45,167 nt of DNA, taken from NCBI GenBank assembly GCA_049903315.1, contig JBNGBT010000013.1, forward strand, positions 1 through 45,167, in the 5' to 3' direction. The position numbers and the translations under genes are program-made. The stretch comes from Candidatus Cloacimonadota bacterium. Lineage in GTDB: Bacteria > Cloacimonadota > Cloacimonadia > JGIOTU-2. This document shows, piece by piece, positions 10,125-21,147 of this stretch. The notes beneath the pieces are model-generated. The model had not been told where the DNA came from and searched no databases. It was given only the letters and a program-made list of their open reading frames with translations. Numbering within the stretch: position 1 is the first letter of the stretch; each line of letters opens with the position of its first letter.

Positions 10125-10275
10125 GTTGCCTCCTAAATTTTTCTTTTTATGTTTACACATATGATTTTGCTTTATTTAAGCTTTGCCATATAGTAAGACG
10201 TCTCACAATTTGTCAAATATTTTTGGTTGACATATTTTTTTTTGCACACAATTTCCTCATAAAAAAGGATGTGAC

Positions 10276-10671
10276 ATGAAATCTTTTTCGATCAAAACAA
10301 ATTCGCAGTGTGAAATGCTTAATATTACAACTCAAATTCGGAATATTGTGCATGATTCCGGAATTGTGGACGGTATCGTAAATATTTTTATTCCTCATAC
10401 TACAGCAGCGGTTACCATCAACGAAGGGACGGATCCTTCAGTTATGAAAGACTTTCTAAAAGAAACGGATAAAATTGTGCCGTTACGCGATAATTATTTA
10501 CACATGGAAGGAAATTCCGCTGCACATATCAAGTCTATGCTTGTCGGAGCTTCCGAAATGGTGATGATAGAAAATGCTTCTCTGGTACTCGGCACGTGGC
10601 AAGCGCTCTTCTTCTGCGAATTTGATGGACCACGACAGAGAAAAGTGTTTGTAAAAGTGTTGGAAGGGTAA
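10276..10671 (+). CDS. yjbQ: YjbQ/UPF0047 secondary thiamine-phosphate synthase family protein
   Basis: PHTTAAVTINE, HMEGNSAAHIK, LGTWQ..F.EFDGPR. Confidence 0.92.
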   Translation: MKSFSIKTNSQCEMLNITTQIRNIVHDSGIVDGIVNIFIPHTTAAVTINEGTDPSVMKDFLKETDKIVPLRDNYLHMEGNSAAHIKSMLVGASEMVMIENASLVLGTWQALFFCEFDGPRQRKVFVKVLEG

Positions 10672-10716
10672 TTTTTTTCACGAGTCGGTCGTGAAAAGAA
10701 CGACTTGAGTTTTACT

Positions 10717-10797
10717 GAATATCGAATATCGATTAACGATTTAAGAAGATTGCTAAATATTTATCCTTCTGTGATCTTCAATCGATGTTCGGTGTTC
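10717..10797. repeat. Heptamer-periodic inverted repeat between convergent genes
   Basis: gaatatcgaatatcgatt pairs with aatcgatgttcggtgttc (with G-U pairs). Confidence 0.5.
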
Positions 10798-10813
10798 TTA
10801 AATCAATATAAAA

Positions 10814-11179
10814 TCATTCCTTTTCATTCCACTTCCTGCTTCCCATAGTAAGCATTGGTAAAAGCAAGGGGACTATCCAGAAGAATGTGAACACGCTCAG
10901 CCCGAGCTTTTTCATTCCCCCAAAGGAATATATGCTAAAACATATAGAAAGAGCAAGCAGCACATACATTGGAAGCATGAGTCTCCAATACCTGGTTTCG
11001 GGATGCCTTGAGGGCTCAAAAGAAATAATGAGGAAGACTGCTAAACAAAAAAGAATGAGTCCAATCAAACCATGGGGAGTTCTTCCTCTAATAAGCAAGA
11101 GCACTGCAAGTACTCCCAACCATAAAAAGGAGCCAATCCACCCGCCGATCCATCCGATCTTTTCCCCTTTTCTTTCCAT
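10814..11179 (-). CDS. Hypothetical 4-TM membrane protein
   Basis: SD ggag; four hydrophobic segments; GEKIGWIGGW. Confidence 0.7.
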   Translation of the reverse strand: MERKGEKIGWIGGWIGSFLWLGVLAVLLLIRGRTPHGLIGLILFCLAVFLIISFEPSRHPETRYWRLMLPMYVLLALSICFSIYSFGGMKKLGLSVFTFFWIVPLLLPMLTMGSRKWNEKE

Positions 11180-11205
11180 ACATTATCTCCCTTGCATTCA
11201 AGAAA

Positions 11206-11508
11206 TTAGTGCCTTTTCCGGCTTGCAGCCCCGCCACCGCTTCCACCAAAGAAGCACATAATACCAAGAAGGAATCCGAAATTGTACCAGCCGCCGCTAT
11301 TATGAACTTCATAGATAGTCACATTATCACTAAAGAGGGAGATGATAAATGAGAAAAGGATAATGAATCCGTTCCACAAACCCCTCCAGAAACCGGCTAC
11401 CTTGCCATCTTTATCCGGCTTGTTTTCCATCTGGTTAACTCCAGCAGTACAGCTCACGACCAGAAGGATCAGCATCACAACGGTAATTATTTTAAGAGTT
11501 TTTTTCAT
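11206..11508 (-). CDS. Small membrane lipoprotein, hypothetical
   Basis: Lipobox VVSC; AGFWRGLWNG..IYEVHNSGGWYNFGF. Confidence 0.75.
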   Translation of the reverse strand: MKKTLKIITVVMLILLVVSCTAGVNQMENKPDKDGKVAGFWRGLWNGFIILFSFIISLFSDNVTIYEVHNSGGWYNFGFLLGIMCFFGGSGGGAASRKRH

Positions 11509-11545
11509 ATTCAATCTCTCTTATATAGTATGATTTATATAACTT

Positions 11546-13921
11546 TCACTCCAATATCTCTGGTAAAATATAGGGCATAAGATAGAGGATTTGTTCTTCG
11601 CTGTAAAAAGTTGATTCCTGAATGTAGTCAACGAGATCTTTTATTTCTTTTGGAAGATCACCGAGTGTAACTCCCGGAGCATCCATATCAAGCTTGATGG
11701 AGAATGCGGATGTTGATCTCGGATAGGTAACCAGTTCAACTTCTTTCTGGATGTTCGCTAAAGTTTTTATCTCTGCAATAGCTTCTTTCATGCCGCCATA
11801 AGCATCGATGAGTCCATTTTCCAGCCCTCTTGTACCAGTCCAAACACGTCCTTTGCCAATGGCATCGACTTCCGTATAGGACATGCCCCTGTTTTTTGCA
11901 ACCTTGCCTACAAAATCTTTATATTCAATGCTCACAGATTCGGTGATCATTTGCTTTTCTTCTTCGGTCATAGGTCGATATAAGGAAACAAAATCAGCAT
12001 TCCTTCCTTCTTTGACGTTATCCCAATTTACATGAATTTTTTGAAATAATCTTGTAAGATTCGGCACGGCTGCTATCACACCGATAGAGCCGGTCACGCT
12101 TGTTGGTTCCGCAAATATTTTATCAGAGGGGCAGGCAATGTAATATCCTCCTGATGCGGCAACGCCTGAAAATGACGAGACTACAGGCTTAGGATTATCA
12201 CCTTTTTTGCAGAGTAATACTTCCCGATAGATATTTTCCGACGCAAGTGATGATCCGCCACCGCTATCGATACGTAAAATAATTCCTTTAATTGATGGGT
12301 CTTCCCGTGCTTGTTCAACCGCTTTCATATAGGTTTCGTCACCAATTGATTTGCCGAGGACACTCTTGCCGGAGTGTATATTTCCGATAGCATAAATAAC
12401 CGCAATCTTTGCTGTGGGATCATCACTCCAGTCCAACCTATTCTCAGGAATTATGTATTGCTGTGTGATCTGAACATCTTCATACAGCACTTTCAGTGTA
12501 TCCTCAAGCTGATCCCGATATATCAATCCGTCAACCAATCCAGCTTCAAGAGCTCGTTCTGCAATGAGATATGGTCCGTTATCGATCGCAGTTCTCACCT
12601 GCTCATCAGTCATACCTCTGCCTTCGGATATCATAAGAACCATCTGGGCATAAAGTTCAGAAAGGAAATCTTCATACATTTCGCGCTCAGCTTCAGTCAT
12701 GTGAGTTTCGGTGAACATATTTGCAGCATTTTTATATGCATGGCTCTGAAATCGTATTACATCTATACCAAGAGTATCAAGTAATCCTTTTATATAGGGC
12801 ATTGAAGCGGATATCCCTCTCAGATCGAGGATACCTCCCGGGTTAAGGTAGATTTTATCAGCTATCGAGGAGGCAAATACATAATTGGAATTCGTAATAT
12901 AATCATAATAGAAAATAATTTTTTTGCCCGAAGATTTGAAATCAATGAAGGCATCTTGCAGTTCCTGAAATTTTGCAAGTCCAGCTGAGATAGTTCCCGA
13001 CTGAAAGACAATCCCCTGAATTCTCTCATCATCTTTCAGAATTTTTACCTTTTTGATGATCTCCTCCATTGTATTACCAGAAGATGTCACGAATTCAATG
13101 GGACCGAATTTTTGAACGGGCTGAACATCATACACAGCACCGGACAATTTATAATTATAAAATTTATTTTGTTTGTCGTGAGTTAAAAAAGAGTGAAAAC
13201 GTTTGTCGGATATGTTGCCATACACCATTCCGCTTTTGCTTTTATCACTGTATTGTGCTCCGGTTTTGAAATGTGATATATCAAAGCCAACTCCGACAGA
13301 AATTCCTTCATCCTCAAAATCATAATATCCGTTCAAATGAACACCATTAAGAAATTGAGTTTGGATACCGACGATAGGTTTTCTCCATTCTTTGTTTGAG
13401 TAGGTTGCATCGCAGGTGAGAGATATTTTATAACAGAATCTGCCCTTTACCCTGATCGGGCGGAGTCCAAATCCCATAGTGTAGCTTTCATTTTTCTTGG
13501 AAACATTTCTCCACGATCCTGCAATAGAAAGGAAATCCCATGGTCGTGTAAGAAAATATAATCCCCAGTCACCTTTCCAGAATCCTGCCGGTTTCCACAC
13601 ATAATCTGTTCCAAAATAAATATTCTTCGCGATTTTCGACCCCTCAGAAAGTGTGTGGAGTTCTGTTGAATCCATTTTTTCATAGCAGTATCCCAGACTC
13701 TTTAGATTCAGAAATAGCGCCCAGTTTTTCTGCATATGCTTATCCTGAAATGAATGAAGATACCCAACTCCTCCTGCATTCCCGAATCCAAGTGCCGCAG
13801 GATTGACTTTCGTTGCAAGAAAATCATCGGTTGTTGCTGTGGGAAAGTATGTATAATCAAACGCATATGCTGCGCTTAAGCTTGTTATTAATATCACACA
13901 TAAAATAATTACCTTTTTCAT
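11546..13921 (-). CDS. sppA: Signal peptide peptidase SppA (S49) with an extra ~240-aa N-terminal domain
   Basis: Two S49 modules: LRIDSGGGS, AASGGYYIA (Ser), TGSIGV, GRVWTG..GLID; YKNA (Lys). Confidence 0.88.
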   Translation of the reverse strand: MKKVIILCVILITSLSAAYAFDYTYFPTATTDDFLATKVNPAALGFGNAGGVGYLHSFQDKHMQKNWALFLNLKSLGYCYEKMDSTELHTLSEGSKIAKNIYFGTDYVWKPAGFWKGDWGLYFLTRPWDFLSIAGSWRNVSKKNESYTMGFGLRPIRVKGRFCYKISLTCDATYSNKEWRKPIVGIQTQFLNGVHLNGYYDFEDEGISVGVGFDISHFKTGAQYSDKSKSGMVYGNISDKRFHSFLTHDKQNKFYNYKLSGAVYDVQPVQKFGPIEFVTSSGNTMEEIIKKVKILKDDERIQGIVFQSGTISAGLAKFQELQDAFIDFKSSGKKIIFYYDYITNSNYVFASSIADKIYLNPGGILDLRGISASMPYIKGLLDTLGIDVIRFQSHAYKNAANMFTETHMTEAEREMYEDFLSELYAQMVLMISEGRGMTDEQVRTAIDNGPYLIAERALEAGLVDGLIYRDQLEDTLKVLYEDVQITQQYIIPENRLDWSDDPTAKIAVIYAIGNIHSGKSVLGKSIGDETYMKAVEQAREDPSIKGIILRIDSGGGSSLASENIYREVLLCKKGDNPKPVVSSFSGVAASGGYYIACPSDKIFAEPTSVTGSIGVIAAVPNLTRLFQKIHVNWDNVKEGRNADFVSLYRPMTEEEKQMITESVSIEYKDFVGKVAKNRGMSYTEVDAIGKGRVWTGTRGLENGLIDAYGGMKEAIAEIKTLANIQKEVELVTYPRSTSAFSIKLDMDAPGVTLGDLPKEIKDLVDYIQESTFYSEEQILYLMPYILPEILE

Positions 13922-14034
13922 TTTATTTCCTTTCTCTGAATTTCGTTCTTATGTAATTTATTCGTTCCTGTTCACATATACAAAAGTTCACATCTTTGTT
14001 GAAATTTATGTTATCCATTTATCCGATTGATGAA

Positions 14035-14937
14035 TCATAGAGAAATAATGATGCGCCCCTCACCTTCCGGATTATTCACTTCAATAGTGCGTGAGGACAA
14101 CCATTTGGGCTTAAAATCTTTTGAATACGTTGTTGCTAACAATGTGCTTTGGCCGTTGATCAGATCATAAAGATAAAGGTGGATCCGCATCTTGCTCTTT
14201 CGCACATGCTGATAGGTATCCACATCAAAAACAGCCGGAAAATCACTGTACACAAGCATACCGTTTGTGGGATTAAGTGCATAGTCTGATGAGTTTATTT
14301 TTAGGGTGTCCACATCATATGAGTTAACTTCCCAGGTTTCCGCAATCACACGGAAAAAGGTAAAAATATTAACTGTTTGAAATAGATATCCCCAGAAAAA
14401 TGTTCCCCCCGTTGTCCATGCAATTGGCTGAATTTGAAGATCTTTTCTGTGCATATTTGATAATGTTGAGGGATAAAAATGCGTTATTTCTGAACCATTT
14501 GATGAATTAAGAAAGTAAAGTACAGTATCGGTAACCAATGCAACATCAACTTCTTGAGGAGAAACCCGGAAATCCATTCCCTGAGAAGAAAAAATCTTGT
14601 CCCCTTTTTTCATACTTGTGTATTTCCACAACTCATCTCTCCATTGGTCTGGAAATTCTGAAAACGGATGGATGCGCCTGATTACATAAATTGAACCCTT
14701 GTGAAATTCTGCTGGATGATAGTGCTGGACCTCGACATCCGGAAGTGTAATGAATAGCTGCGATTGATCTTTTTGCACATTTTTCACAAACACGTCTGTC
14801 AGTGTTGAATCAAGAGGATTGGGTTGTAATTTGACGGTAAATTCTGCAGGTTTAGAAGTTCTTTCCTGTGATGTGCATGAAATTATCCCAATAAAAAGAA
14901 GGCATATCATGAACAGCAGGATGAAAATCCTTTGCAT
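14035..14937 (-). CDS. Hypothetical lipoprotein (beta-propeller-like)
   Basis: SD ggag; lipobox IISC; beta-rich, FRVSP, PIAWT, PKWLS. Confidence 0.7.
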   Translation of the reverse strand: MQRIFILLFMICLLFIGIISCTSQERTSKPAEFTVKLQPNPLDSTLTDVFVKNVQKDQSQLFITLPDVEVQHYHPAEFHKGSIYVIRRIHPFSEFPDQWRDELWKYTSMKKGDKIFSSQGMDFRVSPQEVDVALVTDTVLYFLNSSNGSEITHFYPSTLSNMHRKDLQIQPIAWTTGGTFFWGYLFQTVNIFTFFRVIAETWEVNSYDVDTLKINSSDYALNPTNGMLVYSDFPAVFDVDTYQHVRKSKMRIHLYLYDLINGQSTLLATTYSKDFKPKWLSSRTIEVNNPEGEGRIIISL

Positions 14938-14989
14938 ATTTTTTTCTCCGTCTAAATATATGATAACCATCAGAAGCTGCTTGTCTCTG

Positions 14990-17836
14990 TCAATTCTTTT
15001 GCTCTTTGAATTCGGGAAAAAGTGGTTGAAGATACTGCCCCGTATAGGATTTCTTTTCTTTTGCTACCTGAAATGGCGTGCCTGTTGCAACGACTAGTCC
15101 TCCTTCATCGCCACCTTCGGGTCCAAGATCGATAATGTAGTCCGCGCATTTAATGACATCCAGGTTATGCTCAATCACAACTATTGTATTCCCTTTATCG
15201 ACCAATTTATTAAGGACCGAAATGAGCTTTCTGATATCATGGAAATGCAGTCCGGTTGTGGGCTCATCGAGAATATAAAGCGTGTTTCCTGTGCTTGTTT
15301 TGCTCAACTCGCGTGATAGCTTGACGCGTTGTGCTTCTCCACCGGAAAGGGTTGGCGACGGTTGCCCGAGCTTGATATAATCCAATCCGACATCACAAAG
15401 AGTGTGCAATTTTCTTTTTATTTTAGGTATATTTTCAAAAAATTTCAGTGCTTCCTGCACATCCATATTGAGCACATCATAAATATTCTTTTCTTTATAT
15501 TTTATCTGGAGGGTTTCTTTGTTGAACCGCTTTCCCTTACAAACTTCGCACGTCACGAACACATCTGCAAGAAAGTGCATCTCGATCTGTTTGACGCCAT
15601 TCCCCCTGCATGCCTCGCAACGTCCTCCTGAGACATTAAAACTAAATCTGCTTGGTTTATATCCACGGATCTTAGCTGATTGCGTTTGTGCAAAGATGTT
15701 GCGTATCTCATCAAAAACTTTTGTATACGTGGCAGGATTTGAGCGGGGAGTTCGCCCAATCGGATCCTGGGTAATATTAATGATCTTATCAATGCTCTCA
15801 AGATTCTCAATGTCCTCGTATTTGCCCTCTGTATGCGTGCTGTGATAAAGTTGATTCGCGATAACTGGATAAAGGGTTTGATTAATAAGAGAACTTTTAC
15901 CCGAGCCGGACACGCCCGTAATGCAGGTAAAAACTCCAAGTGGAATTTTTACATCAATACTCTTAAGATTATTTTGATGCACATTTTTCAGTGTCAAGTA
16001 GCCATGTTTCTTCGCGCGGTAAAATTTTGGTTCAGGAATGCTCAACTCTCCTGAAAGATATTTACCTGTAAGGGAATCCTCATTTCTAATGATCTCATTA
16101 AAAGAGCCCTGTGCAACGATCTTGCCGCCATATACTCCGCCGAGAGGTCCAAAATCAAGAATGTGGTCTGCCTGCTTCATCATCTCTGCATCATGCTCTA
16201 CGACAATGACCGTATTTCCTATAGTGCGTAAACCGACAAGCATCTCAATAAGTTTTTTGTTATCCCGCTGGTGCAATCCAATCGTGGGTTCATCAAGGAT
16301 ATACATGACTCCCACAAGTCCGCTGCCGATCTGGCTTGCAAGGCGGATTCGTTCGGATTCTCCTCCGGATAGAGTTGGTGCGCTTCTATCTAGTGTAAGA
16401 TAGTGCAGCCCGACATTCAGCATGAATTGCAACCGTGCTTTAATTTCCTTGATAAGTTCTTCGGCAATGATCTTCTGGTTTCCCATAAGTTTCAGATTTT
16501 TTATGAGATCATAGGCTTCGCGGATAGACATCTGTGAAATCTCGACTATCGATTTCCCGTTAATTTTTACATTTCTGCTTTCCACTCGGAGTTTAGTTCC
16601 CTCACAGCTTATGCATGGTTTTTCGCTGTAATAAGTGAGATACATCCTGCGCATTGCTTCTGATTTTGTTTCCCGAAACCTGCGCTGTATTGTCGCGATC
16701 AATCCTTCAAACTGCGTCATATAGTGCCCGGAACTCGTTTCCATATCCCAGTCGATCCTGAACTTTTTCCCTCTTGACCCATAAAGAATGACGTCACGGG
16801 CTTGCTCACTGAGCTGATTCCATGGAGTCTTAAGAGAGAATCCGAACTCATCTGCAAGCTGGAGGAGAATTTTATATCGCCAGGAACGGCGCTTTTCCTG
16901 AAGTGGTCCCCAATAAGCCACAGCTCCTTCCAGCAAAGATTTGTTTTGATCCGGAACTATCTTATCTTCGTCGAGTTCCATACGTGTCCCCAACCCATTA
17001 CAAGTCTCGCACATGCCAAGTGGACTGTTAAATGAGAACATTTGCGGATTAAGTTTCGGATAGCTGATATTACATGTCGGGCAAGCATTCTGAATGCTGA
17101 AAAGCTGCGTTTCATTTTTTTCAGGAAAGTCAACCATGACCACGCCATCAGCAAGATCGAGTGCCAGTTCCATCGAATCAGTCAACCTGCTTTCAACTCC
17201 CTTTTTTATAACCAGTCTGTCAACGATAACTTCGATATTGTGTTTGCTCTTTTTATCCAATTTAATTGCATCATTTACGTCATGAACGACACCATTGATG
17301 CGCATACGCACGAAACCTTCGCGCTTGATGCGGCTCAGTACGTCTTTATGCTCTCCCTTTCTTTCCCGTACAAGAGGAGCCAATATCTGTATCCTTGATC
17401 CTGGTTCGAGTTCGAGCAGCGTGTTGACCATCTGATCAAGTGATTGAGAAGAAACCGGCTGTCCGCACTGGTAGCAATATTGTGTGCCGATACGGGCAAA
17501 CAAAACACGGAGATAGTCATAAATTTCCGTCACGGTACCGACAGTTGATCTCGGATTGTGGCTTGCAGCTTTTTGCTCAATAGACACCGCAGGCGAGAGT
17601 CCTTCAACATAATCGACTTTTGGTTTTTCCATTTGTCCAAGGAACTGGCGTGCATAGGATGAGAGGGATTCAATATAGCGGCGCTGACCTTCTGCATAAA
17701 GTGTGTCAAATGCAAGTGACGATTTGCCCGAACCGCTCACCCCGGTGAATACGATCAGCTTATTGCGAGGAAGAGTGACATCGATATTCTTAAGATTGTG
17801 CTCTGAAGCACCTTTAATAATTATATTTTTTTTCAT
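14990..17836 (-). CDS. uvrA: Excinuclease ABC subunit A
   Basis: EHNLKN, two GVSGSGKSS Walker A motifs, LSGGE, zinc-finger CxxC motifs, DLGPEGG. Confidence 0.97.
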   Translation of the reverse strand: MKKNIIIKGASEHNLKNIDVTLPRNKLIVFTGVSGSGKSSLAFDTLYAEGQRRYIESLSSYARQFLGQMEKPKVDYVEGLSPAVSIEQKAASHNPRSTVGTVTEIYDYLRVLFARIGTQYCYQCGQPVSSQSLDQMVNTLLELEPGSRIQILAPLVRERKGEHKDVLSRIKREGFVRMRINGVVHDVNDAIKLDKKSKHNIEVIVDRLVIKKGVESRLTDSMELALDLADGVVMVDFPEKNETQLFSIQNACPTCNISYPKLNPQMFSFNSPLGMCETCNGLGTRMELDEDKIVPDQNKSLLEGAVAYWGPLQEKRRSWRYKILLQLADEFGFSLKTPWNQLSEQARDVILYGSRGKKFRIDWDMETSSGHYMTQFEGLIATIQRRFRETKSEAMRRMYLTYYSEKPCISCEGTKLRVESRNVKINGKSIVEISQMSIREAYDLIKNLKLMGNQKIIAEELIKEIKARLQFMLNVGLHYLTLDRSAPTLSGGESERIRLASQIGSGLVGVMYILDEPTIGLHQRDNKKLIEMLVGLRTIGNTVIVVEHDAEMMKQADHILDFGPLGGVYGGKIVAQGSFNEIIRNEDSLTGKYLSGELSIPEPKFYRAKKHGYLTLKNVHQNNLKSIDVKIPLGVFTCITGVSGSGKSSLINQTLYPVIANQLYHSTHTEGKYEDIENLESIDKIINITQDPIGRTPRSNPATYTKVFDEIRNIFAQTQSAKIRGYKPSRFSFNVSGGRCEACRGNGVKQIEMHFLADVFVTCEVCKGKRFNKETLQIKYKEKNIYDVLNMDVQEALKFFENIPKIKRKLHTLCDVGLDYIKLGQPSPTLSGGEAQRVKLSRELSKTSTGNTLYILDEPTTGLHFHDIRKLISVLNKLVDKGNTIVVIEHNLDVIKCADYIIDLGPEGGDEGGLVVATGTPFQVAKEKKSYTGQYLQPLFPEFKEQKN

Positions 17837-17977
17837 AAAATTTAAAATCCTGAAAATAAAAGTGGAATACATTATTAATGTGGGTTTTGGATGTCAAGCT
17901 CCAGTGTTTTATGAATCGGAAAACAGAACTCTATTCCGCTGGAAAATGTAAGTCAGAGCAGCAGAGCCAGCCGCAAT

Positions 17978-18030
17978 TCTGTCAGTATGTTGACAGATTT
18001 TGGCGTGATTTAGTCAATATGTTGACAAAT
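17978..18030. promoter_or_regulatory. Tandem palindromic operator-like sites GTCA-N6-TGAC
   Basis: tctgtcagtatgttgacaga (17978-17997) and gtcaatatgttgac (18013-18026), repeated at a 32-bp offset. Confidence 0.5.
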
Positions 18031-18131
18031 TTACGGTTTTTAGCAGTAGAAAAAAATAAAATTCTTGCCATAAAAATTTCACTTTTTCATCATCATCTTA
18101 TTAAATTGTATCTTGAAAGATCGGAGTATAT

Positions 18132-19658
18132 ATGAAAAATAAAATCCGTATTTTTATTGCTTGTTTATTGGTGATGAACACCGCACCTCTTCTCGCGCAA
18201 TCCGACTATGAGGAGTGGCTCAAAAAAGATCAGCAAAAATTCGATGAGTATAAAACTGAGCAGGACAAGCTTTTCATGCAGTTTCTCGAAGATGACTGGA
18301 AGCAGTTCCAGGTTTTCCAGGGATTAAAAGCCGATGACACCCCAAAACCTGCCGAAATCCCGCAAGCAGAACCTCAACCGCTTCAGCAGACCGAAATTGA
18401 AAGAAACGACACCATAAAAGAACTTGATGTTCCTGAAACGCACAAGTCTTTTAAATCGCCGGACAAAGAATTAAAAGCAAAGCCAACCACAAAACCGTGG
18501 CAGCAGACCGAACAGAAGGACACACCTCAGCCCCAGACGAAAAAGGAAGAACCAAAAATAGATGTGCTCTCAATCTCGATTGATTTTTTCGAAGCTCCAA
18601 TCTCACTGCCGGATGAGTCCTCTCTTCGCATTTCTATGAGTGGAAAACCCAACAACGATACTATTGCAGAGTACTGGAAAAAGATCAGCAATGCTAAATT
18701 TGAAGGCACGCTGCAAAAGGCGGAATCTTACAAAAAATCTCTTGGTTTGAATGACTGGGGATACTGCATGCTCCTTTACGATATTGGAAATGTCATAAAT
18801 AATGGAGATGAAACAGAAGCACTCCTTTTCACATGGTTCATGCTCAACAAGTCGGGATACGATTCCAAGATCGGATACTCGGAGAATAATGTATATATCC
18901 TCCTTCCAAGCAAAGACGATATCTTCGGAGCGCCCTACTTTACGATCGATAACCGCCGTTTTTATGTGATGTCCCTCGATGGAAAAGAGCTTGAACTCGG
19001 TTCTATGTACACCTACGAAGGCGATTATCCTGATGCAAATAAAATAGTTTCGTTGAACCTGAACACGCTTCCTGTTTTATGCGGGAATGTGCCGAAGCAG
19101 GTAAATTTTTCATATAATGGAACAAATTACAACATTAAATATACATATAATAAAAATATCGTAAATTTTTTGAACACCTATCCCCATACATCATATCCTA
19201 TTTATTTCAACACACCTTTAATGGACCAATCCTATTCTTCTCTTGTCGAGCAGCTCAAGCCCATTTTAGCAGGGAAGTCAAAATCGGAAGCCCTCAACAT
19301 TCTGCTTCGCTTTGTCCAGACTGCGTTCGAATATAAAACCGATCAGCAGCAGTTTGGAAAGGAAAAATGCCTTTTTGCAGAAGAAACTCTTTTCTACCCC
19401 TACTGTGACTGCGAAGACCGCTCAGTTATTTTTGCCTATCTCGTAAAGAAATTACTCGGGCTTGAAGTTATTGGATTGGATTACCCGGGTCATATTGCCA
19501 CGGCAGTGAAAATCGATAATGTTTCCGGTGATCATGTAACAGTGAATGGCAAAAAATACCTCATCTGCGATCCAACCTATATCAATGCAAATATCGGTGT
19601 GTGTATGCCGAGATATAAAAATGTAAAACCGGAGATCGTCCAAATTTCGCAGAAATAA
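18132..19658 (+). CDS. Secreted transglutaminase-like (Cys-His-Asp) protein
   Basis: SD ggag; signal peptide; Pro/Gln linker; FEYKTD, CDCEDRS, GHIATAV, CDPTY. Confidence 0.75.
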   Translation: MKNKIRIFIACLLVMNTAPLLAQSDYEEWLKKDQQKFDEYKTEQDKLFMQFLEDDWKQFQVFQGLKADDTPKPAEIPQAEPQPLQQTEIERNDTIKELDVPETHKSFKSPDKELKAKPTTKPWQQTEQKDTPQPQTKKEEPKIDVLSISIDFFEAPISLPDESSLRISMSGKPNNDTIAEYWKKISNAKFEGTLQKAESYKKSLGLNDWGYCMLLYDIGNVINNGDETEALLFTWFMLNKSGYDSKIGYSENNVYILLPSKDDIFGAPYFTIDNRRFYVMSLDGKELELGSMYTYEGDYPDANKIVSLNLNTLPVLCGNVPKQVNFSYNGTNYNIKYTYNKNIVNFLNTYPHTSYPIYFNTPLMDQSYSSLVEQLKPILAGKSKSEALNILLRFVQTAFEYKTDQQQFGKEKCLFAEETLFYPYCDCEDRSVIFAYLVKKLLGLEVIGLDYPGHIATAVKIDNVSGDHVTVNGKKYLICDPTYINANIGVCMPRYKNVKPEIVQISQK

Positions 19659-19673
19659 ATTCTACTATTTTTT

Positions 19674-19708
19674 AATCGGCTTATCGGAAACGGTAAGCCG
19701 ATTTTTTT
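19674..19708 (+). terminator. Intrinsic terminator
   Basis: aatcggcttatcg-GAAA-cggtaagccgatt followed by a T run. Confidence 0.85.
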
Positions 19709-20015
19709 ACTTTGTATTGATCTTAATTATCTTATCATTGCTGATCAGAACGTCTTTTCCTTTTTTGTTCTCAAGCAGCACCCAATCCTCATTCACCGAC
19801 TTGATCATCCCCGTTTCCGAGCTTGAGGTCGACTCGATTGTGAGATAATAGATTTTGACTTCCCTTCCCATAAGATTTTTTAATAATGATATATCCATTG
19901 GTAACCTGTCCTTTGCTTTTCTTCTTATAAAAAATGTAAATATCTTCTTCTTTTTTCTCTGTTGCATGATCACAAAAATCATAAAAAAAATTGATACAAA
20001 TAGAGAACTATTCAT
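19707..20015 (-). CDS. Small hypothetical protein (N-terminal TM, small beta domain)
   Basis: SD aggag; hydrophobic N-terminus followed by a basic patch. Confidence 0.65.
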   Translation of the reverse strand: MNSSLFVSIFFMIFVIMQQRKKKKIFTFFIRRKAKDRLPMDISLLKNLMGREVKIYYLTIESTSSSETGMIKSVNEDWVLLENKKGKDVLISNDKIIKINTK

Positions 20016-20099
20016 TTAACTCCTGAATTTTTTAACTTCAATTTTTCATATTTTTTGTTGTTCCTTCTGTCAAGCAAAATAGTTTTACTCTTGCAAAGA

Positions 20100-20130
20100 T
20101 TGACAGGAGTTGTATCAGGCACAGTAAACT
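20100..20130 (+). promoter_or_regulatory. Sigma70-type promoter, probably leaderless
   Basis: TTGACA-N19-TAAACT, 7 nt before the ATG; no SD. Confidence 0.5.
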
Positions 20131-20137
20131 TTTCTCT

Positions 20138-21130
20138 ATGAAAGTGCTTTTTATCCGGTTCAGTTCTTTAGGAGATGTGTTGCTTACCACTCCAATTATC
20201 CGCACTTTCCGCACACACTTCCCGGATGCTGAAATTCACTTTCTTACAAAAAAACATTATGCTCCGCTTCTCGAATATAATCCAAATATCGATAATCTCA
20301 TAAGCTACGATGCAGAAAACGAATCCATGCTTCAGCTTATAATCCGTCTGCAAAAAGAGCACTATACTCACATCATTGACCTGCATGACAAATTACGTTC
20401 TGCGCTGATCAAACGCTTTGTGCGGGTGAAAGTTTTTACGTATAACAAGAAGCATACTTACAGAAAAAAATTGCTGAAAGACCGCAACCTTAAACCGATT
20501 TCCTCTACTCTGGATCTCTATGCATCGGTGTTGGAATATTTCAATATTACATTGGATGAGAGGAAACTCGATCTCTGCCTTCCTGAGAATGACAAGGCAA
20601 TTGCTAATACTTTCGTGCCTCATGATGGCAAAAAGATCGTCGCGATCTCACCCGGTGCTTCGTGGTTCACCAAACAATATCCCGCAGAATATTTTAAGAA
20701 ATTAATCCAGCATCTTCTGAATAATTATAATGTGAGAATTGTACTTATCGGCACTGAAAAAGAGAAAAATTTGACAGCAGAATTAGCCAGAGTATCAGAA
20801 GCTGAAATTATCGATCTCGGCGGAAAGACAACTTTGATAGAATCAGCAGTAATAATCAAACATTCTGACCTGTTCATAAGCGGGGACTGCGGACCAATGC
20901 ATATAGCTGCTGCTTTCGAAGTTCCTCAAATAGCAATTTTCGGTCCCACTCATCCTAAACTCGGCTTTAGTCCTTTAAATCAGAATGCTGAAGTTCTCAC
21001 CCTCAATCTCGATTGCAGTCCATGTACGCTTCATGGAAACAACCGGTGCCCGAAGGGTCATTTTAAATGTATGATGGACCTTTCTCCAGACCTCGTTTTG
21101 GAACGGGCTGATAAAATTTTGTCTCAATAA
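20138..21130 (+). CDS. GT9 LPS heptosyltransferase (WaaF/RfaF-like)
   Basis: [37 protein letters not shown]. Confidence 0.88.
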   Translation: MKVLFIRFSSLGDVLLTTPIIRTFRTHFPDAEIHFLTKKHYAPLLEYNPNIDNLISYDAENESMLQLIIRLQKEHYTHIIDLHDKLRSALIKRFVRVKVFTYNKKHTYRKKLLKDRNLKPISSTLDLYASVLEYFNITLDERKLDLCLPENDKAIANTFVPHDGKKIVAISPGASWFTKQYPAEYFKKLIQHLLNNYNVRIVLIGTEKEKNLTAELARVSEAEIIDLGGKTTLIESAVIIKHSDLFISGDCGPMHIAAAFEVPQIAIFGPTHPKLGFSPLNQNAEVLTLNLDCSPCTLHGNNRCPKGHFKCMMDLSPDLVLERADKILSQ

Positions 21131-21147
21131 AAATTATAAGGAAGCCA

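Noticed and set aside
10125..10275. TPP riboswitch upstream of yjbQ
   Set aside because: No CTGAGA/TPP core; the spacer is AT-rich with divergent TTGACA boxes only.
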